Part shown: piece by piece, positions 51,454 through 63,772 of the stretch
How positions within the stretch are numbered: the stretch's first letter is position 1
Layout: each line of letters begins with the position of its first letter
Assembly: GCF_035594765.1 (NCBI RefSeq)
Contig: NC_085842.1
Span: forward strand, 314,325,749-314,389,748
From: Anolis carolinensis
Lineage: Eukaryota
DNA length: 64,000 bases
Reading direction: 5' to 3'
Notes under the pieces: model-generated
Seen by the model: only the letters and a program-made list of their open reading frames with translations
Database searches by the model: none
What the model was told of the DNA's origin: nothing
Program-made: the position numbers and the translations under genes

Positions 51454-52426
51454 TGTGATGACCCATGGGCCTTGTAGTCCTGCTCAGGACATTGTAATTC
51501 CTGATGAAGATGAAAACTTGGGTTTTTTACCTTCCCAGTCTGAACTGGATTCCTCTCAGCCAGATCTTTCCCAGGCAGATCTGGGAACCTTGCACCTGCA
51601 AGAAAGTTGTCTCCCAGAAGTATGTCAAACAAGCCCAGAGCCTACTTCTCCCGTGTTCTTGCGCCGGGAGTTTTGTAAACAACAGAGAAGTTTGGAATCA
51701 GCTTCGCGCAGGAGTGCGAGGATTGCAGCTAAGAATGTAGCCAATTAAGACTGCTTCTCGTGAGAATCTTTAAGGAGTTTAACATCTGGTCTCAGAGTTT
51801 AGCTTTCGTTTCTGATTCCCAGAGAACTGCTTCGGTGGGAAAGTTAAACGCTATATAGGTGTTTTACCCGCGTAGTAACTTCGCGGAGTCAATTCGTCAG
51901 CCTACGGAGCGAGTTGTGTCTGGACAGCGCGCTCCGATTCAAGCCTCGCTCCTGCTCAAGCCTTGCCCTGCTTTCCAGCCTTCGCCTTGCTTCCCAGCCT
52001 TGTTTACCTACGGACTTTGCCTTGTTGCCCAGGACCAATCCTTGCCTTGTATCACGGATTTTACCAAGTTATTCCACGGACCTTGTTCTTGTTCCTTGTT
52101 ACCTTGTTCCACGTTTTAAGCCTTGCTTCAAGTATCAAGTTATTTCCTAGCCTTGCTCAAGTTTATGGACTAAAGGACCTTGTCATCTCCCCTCACTTTG
52201 CCTGGCAAAGTGTGTGTTTCGGTTACTGGATTACAACTTTGGACCTTAATATTTCATATTGGACATCGCTTTTTTGGACTAATTTAGACCTTTCCTGAAA
52301 GGTCTGCTTTTGGACTATTTCACATACTTGCTTTTATTAACTTTATATATTCCTTCAATAAAGATATTAGTTAGATTCTGGCCTCTGTGTTTGGTTATTG
52401 GTGCCTTTGCAACCTGGGTCGTGACA
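51454..52426 (+). mobile_element. Solo LTR of a Gypsy-like retrotransposon (973 bp)
   Basis: TGT...ACA ends with imperfect TIR tgtgatgaccca/tgggtcgtgaca; perfect 5-bp TSD ACGGA; TATATA near 51852; AATAAA near 52357; CpG-rich, so probably young. Confidence 0.92.
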
Positions 52427-54004
52427 ACGGAACACTTCTTCAACTAGATGAGTTTCCGGTCTGATTTTGGAGACTTGAAACTAGACCTTGGTGAAGGTTT
52501 TTTTTTTTTGCAGTATTGTGAGAGTTATCATCCCCAAAATAGTTTCATGAACTCTATTTAAAGCAATATGAATAGTACATTGCTGTCGATAATATGCTTC
52601 CATTCCTGATCCCTGTGAAAGCATGACATCAGGGTGACCTTGGGCAAGTCACATGCTCTCAGCCTTTGAAAAACCCCTGATGAGTTTGCCTTGGGGTCAG
52701 CATGAGTCGTAAATAATTTGAAGACACACAACAACAATAAAATGCTCCATTAATATGATTAAAATATTTCTATTCCACCATTTATCACGAGATCTCAGGG
52801 TGGCATACTATTAAAATAACATTAAAAAGTTTAAGGCAATTCTAGTTAAAAGCAACATAATACTTTAAATAGGTTCAATAAATCATCCGTTCAAAAGAAA
52901 AGGCTAAAACTGTTAAAAATCATATGATGTATCTTTTTCCTCCCGATCTCACTTGTAAATATTGACTTGAAAACAGAAAGCCAAACACTTCTTACAGTAT
53001 CTTCTTTTGATGGAAGTTTGCCCTATTAGAGTTGCTGGGGCTGTTAGAAACCTGATTAACAATTGAGTCAGTGCTTGGTCAACCTGCCATGTAGCTTGTC
53101 AGTCATTGCTTCCATCACATCTTCATGACCCCAGTTTTTAAAATGCCATAACAGGACTAGCCGAGTGATACACAAAAAGCTTTAGGCCTGACAGATTTCA
53201 GAATTTCTTTTGCCTCTAACTTCAATTTCATTTTCAAATTAAGCAACAATTGCTTTTAGAAATTTTCAAAAAGGAAATCTTGAAGACCCAGGAGCTGTTG
53301 GATGTGTAACTAGTTCCCTTTCCCATTTATCCCTCACGCACTGTGTGACTGTTCCAAAAAACTGATAAAACCTGTTTTGGATGAAAGTGGGGAGAACATA
53401 AATCAAATGAAATCAATCTGGTATGTGGAAGAAACACAAATGAATTTCCATATCTTTACATTTCTTTTAGTTTGCAAGAAAGAGCAGAATCTGGGTAATC
53501 CTACAGCATGGGGAAATGAAATAGCCAGTTCCCCTTCCATATATTTTTCCGATTGAAAATCCATCCACACGTGATTGATGCTAAAATGGTATAATCTAAA
53601 AAATATTGTTGAAATGCAATTGTGGATGTTTCATTCTCATTTGACTGGGCATTTTTTTTAGAGTTTCTCTTGAGACAGAAACATTTAGCAGAATTTCAGA
53701 AGTATGTATCATATCCAGATTACAAAACATACCAACCAATTTCTCTTGCCTTTTTTTTTTTGCCTTTCCTGTATATCTTCCAAATGGCTGGATCATGTGC
53801 CAAATGACTCAAGTGCACCATCTATCTTTAATAGCTACCTTTGTGCCATATGAGTCTATAACACCTGCTTGCCAAGTGACCAAGAAATCAGAGCTTAGCA
53901 AAACAGCGGCTTACATCAGCCTATGGCTTTAACGTACATGTAGGTGAAACTGTTCCAACTGCAGCATTATTTCTGGGCCAGTCTACCACCTTGGCAAAGA
54001 AAGT

Positions 54005-54290
54005 CCTGGCAGTCTCACAGTTCCTGAAGGATATTGACAATCTGGAAAGTGTCCAGAGAAGGGCAACCAAGATGATCAAAGGTCTGGAAACGGATCCTTA
54101 TGGGAAACGACTTAGGGCATGGGGTATGTTTAGCTTGGAAAAGAGACAACTGAGAGGTGATGTAAAACCCCTTTTTAAATACTCAAAAATAAGTCATGTA
54201 GACTTTGGTTTTGGCTGCTACAGAGCCTATAACATAAACCAGTGGATTCAAATTATTAAAAAAGGGATCTCACTTAAACAATAGAAAGTA
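54005..54290 (+). mobile_element. CR1 fragment
   Basis: QFLKDIDNLESVQRRATKMIKGLE..PYGKRL...MFSLEKRQLRGD. Confidence 0.85.
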
Positions 54291-54369
54291 CAATTAAATT
54301 CCCATAACTGAAGGCAGCCAAAAATTGACCTAAAAGCAACAAACCAGATGCAATTTGCAGTCCATTTCT

Positions 54370-55070
54370 TTTTATTTCTTTTTAATTTTATTTTTTATTG
54401 AAATATATTGCCAAATTGTTATGTATCCTTCTTTTATGTACATAAGAAGGTGTGTTGTTTCCATATTATCTAGCTCAATGCGTAAAATATAATGTGATAG
54501 ATTAACATTTTAAAAATGCAGTCCCCATGTTGGAATTTTCTTTTCTTCCAGTAAATTTTTGAAAGGTTCCCAATTTTTCTTGAATATTGAAGTGTCTTTT
54601 ATCTGAAGATATCTTGTCAAAATTTCAATTTCTTCTATTTCATCTACTTTTACTATTCATTCTTCCATTTTTGGTGTTTCTTCTAGCTTCTACGTCTACA
54701 CACACACAATTCTTGCTGTAGTTGTCATCAGAATTAGCACAATTACTCTAGATAAATGGGAATGTCTCTGGAAAATAAAAGTAAAAATATTCAGAAATTT
54801 CTCACTGCTGGAAAACTTTTATAAAATGTTCTATCAATATTACACGACACCTGCAAAAATAGTCAAAATGCAACCACAATAGAAAGATACCTGTTGGAAA
54901 TGTAAACAAATAATGGGATCATTTTTTTTCATATGTGGTGATCATGCAAGAAGGCAATTTTTAATATTTAGATTGAGATCCATACAACTATAGAAAAAGT
55001 ATTACAACTAAAAGTACCCACAAATCCAGAGGCATACTTCCTAGGCATAACAGATAGATCTCTTTTGAAG
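54370..55070. mobile_element. Old L1-like ORF2 3' fragments in opposite orientations
   Basis: The plus piece encodes a degenerate CWKC...FFHMW.SC zinc-knuckle region; the minus piece looks like an L1 end with an A-rich tail. Confidence 0.6.
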
Positions 55071-55526
55071 ATATAGGACAGACTTTTCATTCTGGAAGTC
55101 CATTTCTGGTCCTGAAAATTTCATGGATGGATCCATTCTTTTGGAAATAAAAGTGGCAGCCCAAGATACGAAAACAGCTTTGAAGGCTATGCAACTTGGC
55201 TTCTGTTTACTTCTGCGGTAAATAAGGATATAGGATGAGATCATGCCTTGAGAGTATGTAATGCAAATTTCCACTGGCAATAATATCACATAGTGTTGAA
55301 TTGTTGTTGTGTGCCTTCAAGATATTTCCACCTTGTAGTGAACCTATGGTGAACCTATTACAGGGTTTTCTGGGCAGTTTGAATTACATTTGCCGTATCG
55401 GTAAGTGATAGCCAGAAAGGGTGCTCCTGGGACTTGATGACTGCTCCATTGTGGAAGATTTTGTAGTGGACCATGTGAACAATAGAAGCCTTCCCAATTA
55501 CTATGTATGGGGTGAAAGCTGGATAG

Positions 55527-56394
55527 TAGGGTTGTGCTTTCAGGGCAAACCTTGATCTGTTTTGTGTCTTTACTTTCAGTGGGGGCTGCAAATCTGTTTT
55601 TTGAGAGCTCCCGAAATTGGGAGGGCAGATATCTGTTTTTGCTCTTAGGTACTAAAAGAACCATTTTCTATTGGCCCACTATGAGGAGGGGGGCTCCCAC
55701 CCATGCTCCCCTTCCCAGTGTGCATTTTAAGGAGGCTTCTTCTTATCTGCTGTTTCTACTCTAGCGTAAGAAGGGCTAGGCTGCAGGCACTGGCAGGCGT
55801 GGGCGCTTTCTGAGCCTGGATGCCACAAATGCACTCTGCTTGGAAAGAGTGTGTGTGTGTGTGTGGCATGCAGGCCCAGAATGCCCATGCCATCAGTGCC
55901 TGCAGCCAAGCACCTCTTACTCTAGAGTAAGATGCACTCAGCTGCAGGCACAGGCGGAAGTGGGCACTCCTGCATGCCACACACACCCTCTCCTTGGAAA
56001 GAGAGTGCGTGTGTGGCGTGCAGGCCCAGAGTGCCCGCACCGCCAGTGCCTGCAGCAAAGCTCCTCTTACTCTAGAGTAAAGAGGCACTCAGCTGCAGGC
56101 ACTGGCAGGAGCAGGCACTGCTGCACGCCACACACACACTCTCCTTGGAAAGAGTGTGTGTGTGTGGCGTGCAGGCCCAGAAAGCATCCACGCCTGCCAG
56201 TGCCTGCAGCCTAGCGCCTCTTGCTCTGTGATGCTGAAAAGCAGGCCAGGATCTGGGACCCACTCCTGCCTGCTTTCATGTCAATCAGATTTTAATACAG
56301 GGAGGAGCCTTCCTGTTCTGTGCTCCCGAAGAAACGAAAGATACAAAAAAAAGAAAGAAAGAAACAGGAGAAACAAATTCCACGCACAACTCTA
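55527..56394. mobile_element. Non-autonomous hAT element with internal tandem repeats (copy 2)
   Basis: TIRs TAGGGTTGTGC / GCACAACTCTA; 8-bp TSD ctggatag/ctggacag. Confidence 0.88.
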
Positions 56395-56633
56395 CTGGAC
56401 AGTGAACTGCTATCAATACAAATCAAGATGACAACACTATATTTTGGACATGCAATGAGATGTTCTGATTTATCAGAAAAGTCAATCCCCCACTTTCATT
56501 GGAATTATGGGCACAAGACACTCACAAAAATGAAAGACTCCCAAGACAACACCCCTAAATCTCTAGGTTCTCCAGTGTGAGTCTATAGTTAACATCTACA
56601 AAAGCTAACCATAGAATTGTACTGGAGGACTTA

Positions 56634-56762
56634 GATCCCTTCTACACTGCCATATAAAATCCAGATTACCTTCTTTGAACTGGATTATATGAGTCTACAC
56701 TGCCATATAATCCAGTTCAAATAATATAATCTGGATTTTATATAGCAGTGTAGAAGTGGCCC
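56634..56762. mobile_element. Harbinger-type palindromic MITE
   Basis: cccttctacactgccatataaaatccag ... ctggattttatatagcagtgtagaagtggcc. Confidence 0.8.
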
Positions 56763-58454
56763 TAGAGGTTCCTAAAGAGAACATTTTAATCATATACATG
56801 AATATGCAAATATTCTGACCATAGAGCTGACCGTAGTACTATGCGAAGCAGAAGGCACCAGGAAAAGATGACTACATTACAGGTGGGTCCATTCCATCAA
56901 GGAAATCACATTCTTGAACTTACGAGACCTGAACAGGGGAACCCAGGCTCTTGGAGGTCTTTCATTCAAGGGGTTGCCATACGTCAAAGTTGACTTAATG
57001 GCAAATAACAATGATACAAGAACGAACAAATTCACACTTTATATCCTTACCTCAGATAGATGAGCACACTCTATAAATCGGGACACATTGCCCCCTTACC
57101 CTCTAAGCAGAAACAATTTGTCTGACCTGGGCGAACTTGGGAATTTAGAGCTAGATACTTTGGAATCCCCAACCATTCTTGATTTATCTCTAGGAAAATC
57201 TACAAAATTAGAGTTCTGAAGCAAACATAGTTCTATTCCTGAAACAAGAATATTCTCTTTAAGATATATTTATGGGTAATATCAGTGGAAACGATAATGC
57301 CGGTAAATGTCTGAGACTCAAATGCTTCAGGCTGGATGGAAAGATAATATTTCATCATGAAAGTCAATACACTTGATAGCTTGCTTGATACCAATTGTAA
57401 TTAGACCTTGAATCAGGGAAAGGCAGGCACTCCAATAAACACAGCCACTTGTTTTAGGCTTCCCACCTGAATACAAGCACAGCTCCGTCTTCTCATAACA
57501 CAGCTGTGTAGCATTTACTGAGCAGGCAAACCAAATCACAGTTCCTTTTTACCAGTTCTGGTTGGCTTTTTTCCAGTTTGAGATTGGAAATAGTCTTAAG
57601 ACTATTTTTTATTTCCATTTGGGTCCAACTGGAAGAGAAACTGGTCTGATCATAAAATTATATCCATAATCAGATGGCCACTTGGAATGACTGCTTTAAG
57701 ACATCATCAACGCCGCCTTTGCTTTGATGCCCCATAACAACGTCTAGGATTGATTGGAAACACACCGTGAGATGGTCCAACAGGATCATATACTGAAGCC
57801 AATTAAGTGCCAAGTCTTGTAGCAAGAAATATATATTCTCCTAATTAGGGATGGAAAAAGAATTTCATTGGGTTTGTAATTCTCAGAAAAAGTACTCCTG
57901 TGACTGGTCATTAGGCAAACCATACCCCGTCTCCGTATTACATGCATTTGCGATTGTATTTCAGAGAATTGTATGAGCATATATAACTGGATAAAGAGGC
58001 ATAAACTTGGAAAAAAATACACACAAAACCCCTTGAGCATGAAAAAATGTCAGTACTAAGAATGCCACAAAATACATACTAATTTTCCTTAAATGTGCAC
58101 ACATTCCTTTCAAAGTGGTCCAGACAATATCTCGCCATCCAACACAAAATGAGGATTTGACAAGAATCCAAATGGGATTTTGTGTAATTGAGACAGAAAA
58201 TTTCATCTTTAAAGATGAATGCTGAATTCCTAATGGTTGTATTTTCAACTGTAAATTTGTCTGGGTGTTTGTTATCCAATACAATATTATGATTAGTAAA
58301 TATTACATAAACAATGAAAAATCAAATCACAATAGTGTTTTAGACATGCATGATTGTTGGTCAAATCTACAGTAGACACTAGACATGCTGAATCAGTGGT
58401 AACTTGATAGGTCAATAGATATATTGGTAGGTTAGTTTTCAAAATCAAAACATA

Positions 58455-59010
58455 CCATACAGGATGAGTGACACCTGGCTCGACAACAGAACATATGAAA
58501 AAGATCTTGGAGTTTTAGTTGACAACAAGTTGAACATGATCCAACAGTGTGATGCAGCAGCCTAAAAGGCCAATGGGATTTTGAGCTGCATCAAAAGGAG
58601 TCTAGTGTCTAGATTGAAGGAAGTCTTGGTGGGTCTGTTTAGTCTGCAGAAACGAAGGGTGAAAGGAAACGTAATCACCATGTTTACATATTTGAAAGGC
58701 TGTCATAAGGAGGAGGAAGCAGGTTTGTTTTCTGCTGTCCTGGAGACTAGCAGACTAGCAATAGGTTCAAATCACAGGAAAGGAGATTCTGCCTGAACAT
58801 TAGGAAGAACTTCCTGACTGTAAGAAGATCTGTTCAGCAGTTGAACTCTCTGCCTCAGCGTCTGGTGAAAGCTCCTTCCTTGGAAGCTTTTAAACAGAGG
58901 CTGGATGACCATCTGTCAGGGATACTTTGATTATGCTTTGTCTGCATGGCAGTGGGTTGGACTAGATGACCCATGTGGTCTCTTCCAACTCTATTATTAT
59001 ATGATTCTAT
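58455..59010 (+). mobile_element. CR1 3' region with an internal deletion
   Basis: CR1 coding blocks and a gattctatg tail. Confidence 0.85.
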
Positions 59011-59219
59011 GAACTAATGTAAAACAGTGAACTGGTGTCCACTCATTCAATTTCTTTTGTGGGACTCTGTGGTAATTTCTTGGATCTGCACTAGGACTCT
59101 TCTAATTTTTTTAAAAAAATAATCCATAATTTGCTGAGATGGTCCTAGAAGAGCAACTTTTCTCCTTTTGTAAAATGCCTCTGAGTATTAGTGTTATAGT
59201 GCAAGAGTAGTATGCCACT

Positions 59220-60125
59220 CATAGCATCGTAGAAACACAGAGTTGGAAAAGTTAAAAAGAGCCATCAAGTCCAACCACCGCCATACAGAAATACATAATA
59301 AAAACATTCCCAGTCTATCCAGACTCAATTTAAAAACTCTGCTGCAGTATTTTCTACTGCCAAGCAGCTTTTACCATCAGGAAGTCTTTTCTAATGTTTA
59401 GATGGAATATCTTTTCCTGTAGCTTGACTCCATGGCTTAGGTTTCTTCTACACTGCCATATAAAATCCAGATTATCTGCTTTGAACTGGATTATATGGCA
59501 GTGTAGATTCATATAATCCAGTTCAAAGCAGATAATGTGGATTATTTGCTTTGATAATCTGGATTATATGACAGTGTAGAAGGGGCCTAAGATACTCCTC
59601 AGAAGGATTAATGGTTTCCAGACGTTTGACCATTTTGATTACTCTTCTCTGGACACACTCCAGTTTGTGGATATTCTTGAATTATGCAATCTGGACACAG
59701 CATTCCAGGTGAAGTCCAAGTAAAACAAAATAGCATGGGACTATATTACTTCCCTCAGCCTAGGCAGTGACACTATACTTCTATTGATGTTGCCTAGAAT
59801 TATATTGGCTTTTTAAAGCTACCACATCACACTATTGATTCCTTTTCTTCTTATGTTCTACTAAGACTTGCAGATCCCTTTCACTTGTTCTGTTTTCAAG
59901 CCAGGTGTCACCCATCCCATATCTGTGCATTTCATTTTTCTTGCCTAAGTGTACATTTCCTCTCTGTTGCCATTCATTTTGTTAGTTTCGGCTCAGCTTT
60001 CTAATCTGTTAAGGTCATTTTGAATTCTGGCCTTGTCCTCCGGAGTATTAGCAATCCCTCCTAATTTGGTGTCACCTGCAAATTTGATCAGCCTGCCCTC
60101 TATTCCATTATCCAAATCATTTATA
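59220..60125 (-). mobile_element. CR1 3' region, tail-to-tail with the previous copy, interrupted by a MITE
   Basis: IYINDLDNGIEGRLIKFAGDTKLGGIANTPEDKARIQNDLNRLE (degenerate FADD). Confidence 0.85.
59440..59587. mobile_element. Harbinger-type MITE
   Basis: Palindromic, with TTA/TAA flanks. Confidence 0.8.
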
Positions 60126-60134
60126 TATATACCT

Positions 60135-60869
60135 GTACTTTGATACTTTGGAAGAGCCTGAAAACTTGACTCTTCCAACAGGCTTTTGGCGACTAACCTC
60201 CTTAGGTTGGGATTGCCCTGTTTGTCCATTCTGTTTTTATAGCATTTTTACTCCTTGCCGTATATAGTCTTTAGGTGTATGCCTCCTCCAGCATCTTAAT
60301 GGGATAATAGTCCTTGGTACCTACCTCTTTCCTAATCTGTACTGTACAAAACTATTTGCACTTTTCTGGCCCACTACCCTTTTTGGAGACGACCCAGGTT
60401 TTTATCAAAGTGTGCTTATTGCTTATTGGTATATGTGATTTTATTTGTTTAAAAAGGTAAAGGTTTCCCCTGACGTTAAGTCCAGTCATGTCTGACTCTG
60501 GGGGTTGGTGCTCATCTCAATTTCTAAGCCAAAGAGCCGGCATTGTCCGTAGACACCTCCAAGGTCATGTGGCCGGCATGACTGCATGGAGCACCGTTAC
60601 CTTCCAACCAGAGTGGTACCTATTGATCTACTCACATTGGCATGTTTTCAAACTGCTAGGTTGGCAGAAGCTGGAGCTAACAGCGGCCACTCCCGCCACT
60701 CCCGGGGGTTGAACCTGGGACCTTTTGGTCTGCAAGTTCAGCAGCTCAGTGCTTTAACACACTTCACCACCGAGTTATTGCTGAGTTTTATATTGCTTGT
60801 TGCCTGGGCTTGGCCCCATGTAAGCCGCTCCAAGTCCCCTCGGGGAGATGGGGCGGATATAAAAATAAA

Positions 60870-60913
<44 letters not shown>
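60135..60913 (+). mobile_element. L2 3' end with (TTA)n tail, interrupted by a Sauria SINE
   Basis: Tail tgtaagccgctccaagtcccctcggggagatggggcggatataaaaataaaa followed by (TTA)n. Confidence 0.7.
60454..60772 (-). mobile_element. Sauria SINE
   Basis: Colinear with 15525-15858. Confidence 0.9.
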
Positions 60914-60914
<1 letters not shown>

Positions 60915-61321
60915 TTATTATGACACAGCAAACAAGATAGATATGCTGGATTTCATATCACAAAATCACAAGTCGAATATTTCCCAAGTGTCTAGGACTG
61001 TGTGATGTATTTTCAGATAATGAGTGCAGATCCCAGCAGGGTGGCCTTTTGCAGCTGGCAGATCGTAATTTTGTCAATGTCTATTGTTTCCAAATGCCGG
61101 CTGAGATCTTTTGGTACGGCACCCAATGTGCCCATCACCACCGGGACCACCTGCACTGGTTTCTGCCAGAGTCTTTGAAGTTCAATCTTGAGGTCCTGAT
61201 AGCGGCTGAGTTTTTCCTGTTGTTTTTCGTCAATGCGACTGTCACCTGGGATGGCAACATCAATGATCCAAACCTTGTTCTTTTCCACAACTGTGATGTC
61301 TGGTGTGTTGTGTTCCACAAC
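60914..61321 (-). mobile_element. R4/Dong-clade non-LTR element 3' end (restriction-like endonuclease)
   Basis: HNTPDITVVEK..VWIIDVAIPGD..IDEKQQEKLSRYQDLKIELQRLW..VVPVVMGTLG..LQKATLLGSA, a PD-(D/E)xK-type RLE. Confidence 0.9.
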
Positions 61322-61338
61322 TATTATTATCATTATTA

Positions 61339-61500
61339 TTTTATTATGACACAGCAAACAAGATAGATATGCTGCATTTCGTATCACAACATCACAAGTC
61401 GAACACTTCCCAAGTGTCTAGGACTGTGTGATGTATTTTCGGATGATGCGTGCAGATCCCAGCAGGGTGGCCTTTTGCAGTTGGCAGATCATAATTTTGT
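61339..61500 (-). mobile_element. Second, shorter R4/Dong 3' end
   Basis: Repeats the first ~160 bp of the previous copy; flanked by TAA repeats. Confidence 0.9.
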
Positions 61501-63366
61501 ATTATTATTATTATTATTACTACTACTACTTGCCTCAACTGCTTTGGCTACTACTCTTAGAGGGCAGAGAAATGCTGGACGTGATGACGGCATATCACTA
61601 TTTCTTTTACCAGGCAGTGCCAAGGGGAAATGGGTTGGCAGCAGCCTGGCATTCCCTCCCCAAAACATCCAATTAGGCCTCTGGCCAATCTCTGCCACAC
61701 ATATTCATTCATTGCCACACATATATGAAATGGGAAGACCTATGCTCAGATTACAACGCTAACCATGACATGGTAATGATGGAGACAACGGAGAAGGCGG
61801 AGGCATTGCCAAATGGATGAGGGGAGTGTCCAATAGTTGTACTCCTGTCCTTCTTGTAATCATTTATTTTAAAAAAGTCTCTCATTAATTTGGGTCTGAA
61901 TTTGGGTCTGAATTTGGGCCTGAATTTCTCCACACTTGCAAGTGTGTGCAAAAGAGGCAGAAAGGGGTTAATCAATCTGAGGAAAGGGGAAAAAAACGAC
62001 GGACCCTGCCAAGGTTCTCTCGATTTTTCCCGCTGATGGCAATTATCCGGAGTTGGCATCCATCCCAGAAACATGCAGCTCTACAGTCCCGCTGCTGGGG
62101 CCCCCACTCCACAAAGCCAGCCATCCTGAGGGGCTCACTTGGTGTGGTGCCCAGGAAATGACAAACAGAAAAGGTCACACATTCTCCAAAAAAAAAGAGG
62201 AGAGAGATATATACCATTCAGCAAACGCTGTGGCTTCTCACTGCTCTCCTCCCTCCACAACCCACTACCTTCCCTGTGAATGTGCAGAGACTTCGTAACG
62301 TTTAGCAGAAGCAGCAAATAGCAGCACAAAGAAAGGTCTTTAAAATAAATTATTATTTTGTTTCAATTAAAAGGGAGGGGGGACCAGACACCACATTGCT
62401 CAACCCTTATCCCTACAGGAAATAATTTCACACTTGGATAATATACTCAGTATGCTAGCAAAGGCTAATTTGTTGTTGCCTTAGCCTCGGCTTATAAATT
62501 GGTCAAGCTCGCTGTCTTTTTCGTTCACTCCCACCTTTTAAATCATGGAGTTTCTTGCTGTGGAATATTCTTCCCATCTTTATTTCCTCCTCTGTATCAA
62601 ACTCATGCAGCTGCCTAAGCATGTCAAGGGCTAGTTTCCTATACAGCGCGTGATCCCTGGAATTTATCTTACAGCAACCCAATGTTTTTTAGTCACAGAG
62701 AGCTGCCTCTATCTCCAGGTGGTATTTTATAATATATATAACAGCACACATGGAAATGCTAGAAGACATTTTAGTATCCAAATCAATCAGCACGAGGTGG
62801 CGAGGAAGGCAAAAGGGATCAAGATGGAGGAAGACGAACACTCGTCGGCATTCACATCCCGTTTGTTTGGGCGCCATTTTGTGCAGAGCAATTAAAACGC
62901 ATGGCCGGATTGGACTCTCTGCCAAATACAGATGGATTGGCAGACTGGGAGACAAAGCGACAATCAGGAAAGCAAATTGAGAGCAGGGCATAATGTGCTA
63001 AAGCTCATAATGTGCTAAAGCGCAAAACATTTCTCAGCATGACCGCTCAAAATTTTGGAAGAACCGAGGGGAAATTTATGGCTGGGGTGACAGTGAAAAT
63101 AGCGCAGGTTCATTCACGTTGACAGATGGCACTGAACATGGTTTTTTAAAAATAAAAACTGGCAAGAATTTTGAATCAATCACCTTAAACCATACATGCA
63201 CACGAGACCCATGTTCATAGACTCTCATTTGCTTCAAATTTTTCTAGAGTTGGCTCCTAAATGTTGCAGAACAACAGAGAAGCAGAGAAGTTCTGCCACT
63301 GAGACCATGGACATTTTGGAATGGTGTCTAGTGTCAAATTAAACTTGTGGTATTGTTAAATATATA

Positions 63367-63622
63367 CTATATATACTTGAGTATATACCTAGTTTTTCAG
63401 CCCTTTTTTAGGACTGAAAAATACCCTCCTTGGCTTATACTCGGGTGAGGGTCCTGGTGGGCTTATATTCAGGTTGGCTTATACTCAAGTACTGTATATA
63501 CTCGAGTATAAGCCTAGTTTTTCAGCCCTTTTTTAAGACTGAAAAAGCCACCCTTGGCTTATACGCGGATGAGGGTCCTGATTGGCTTATATTTGGGTCA
63601 GCTTATACTCGAGAATATATGG
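63367..63622. mobile_element. Two tandem ~125-130-bp Tc1/mariner-type MITE units followed by an AT-rich low-complexity tract
   Basis: ctgtatatactcgagtataagc...gcttatactcgagaatatatgg unit present twice. Confidence 0.7.
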
Positions 63623-63772
63623 TACATTTATTATTTTTCTCTATTATTATTGGTATTATTGCATTTATTATTTTTCTCTATTATTGTTGCTACTATTACA
63701 TTTATTTTACTCTATTATTATTATTATTATTATTATTATTACATTTATTATTTCACTCTGATATTATTATTA

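Noticed and set aside
55727-56431. Cys/His-rich ORFs resembling zinc-finger or metallothionein proteins (also 9676-10285)
   Set aside because: They arise from tgtgtg/gca-rich tandem units of the non-autonomous hAT element and are open on both strands.
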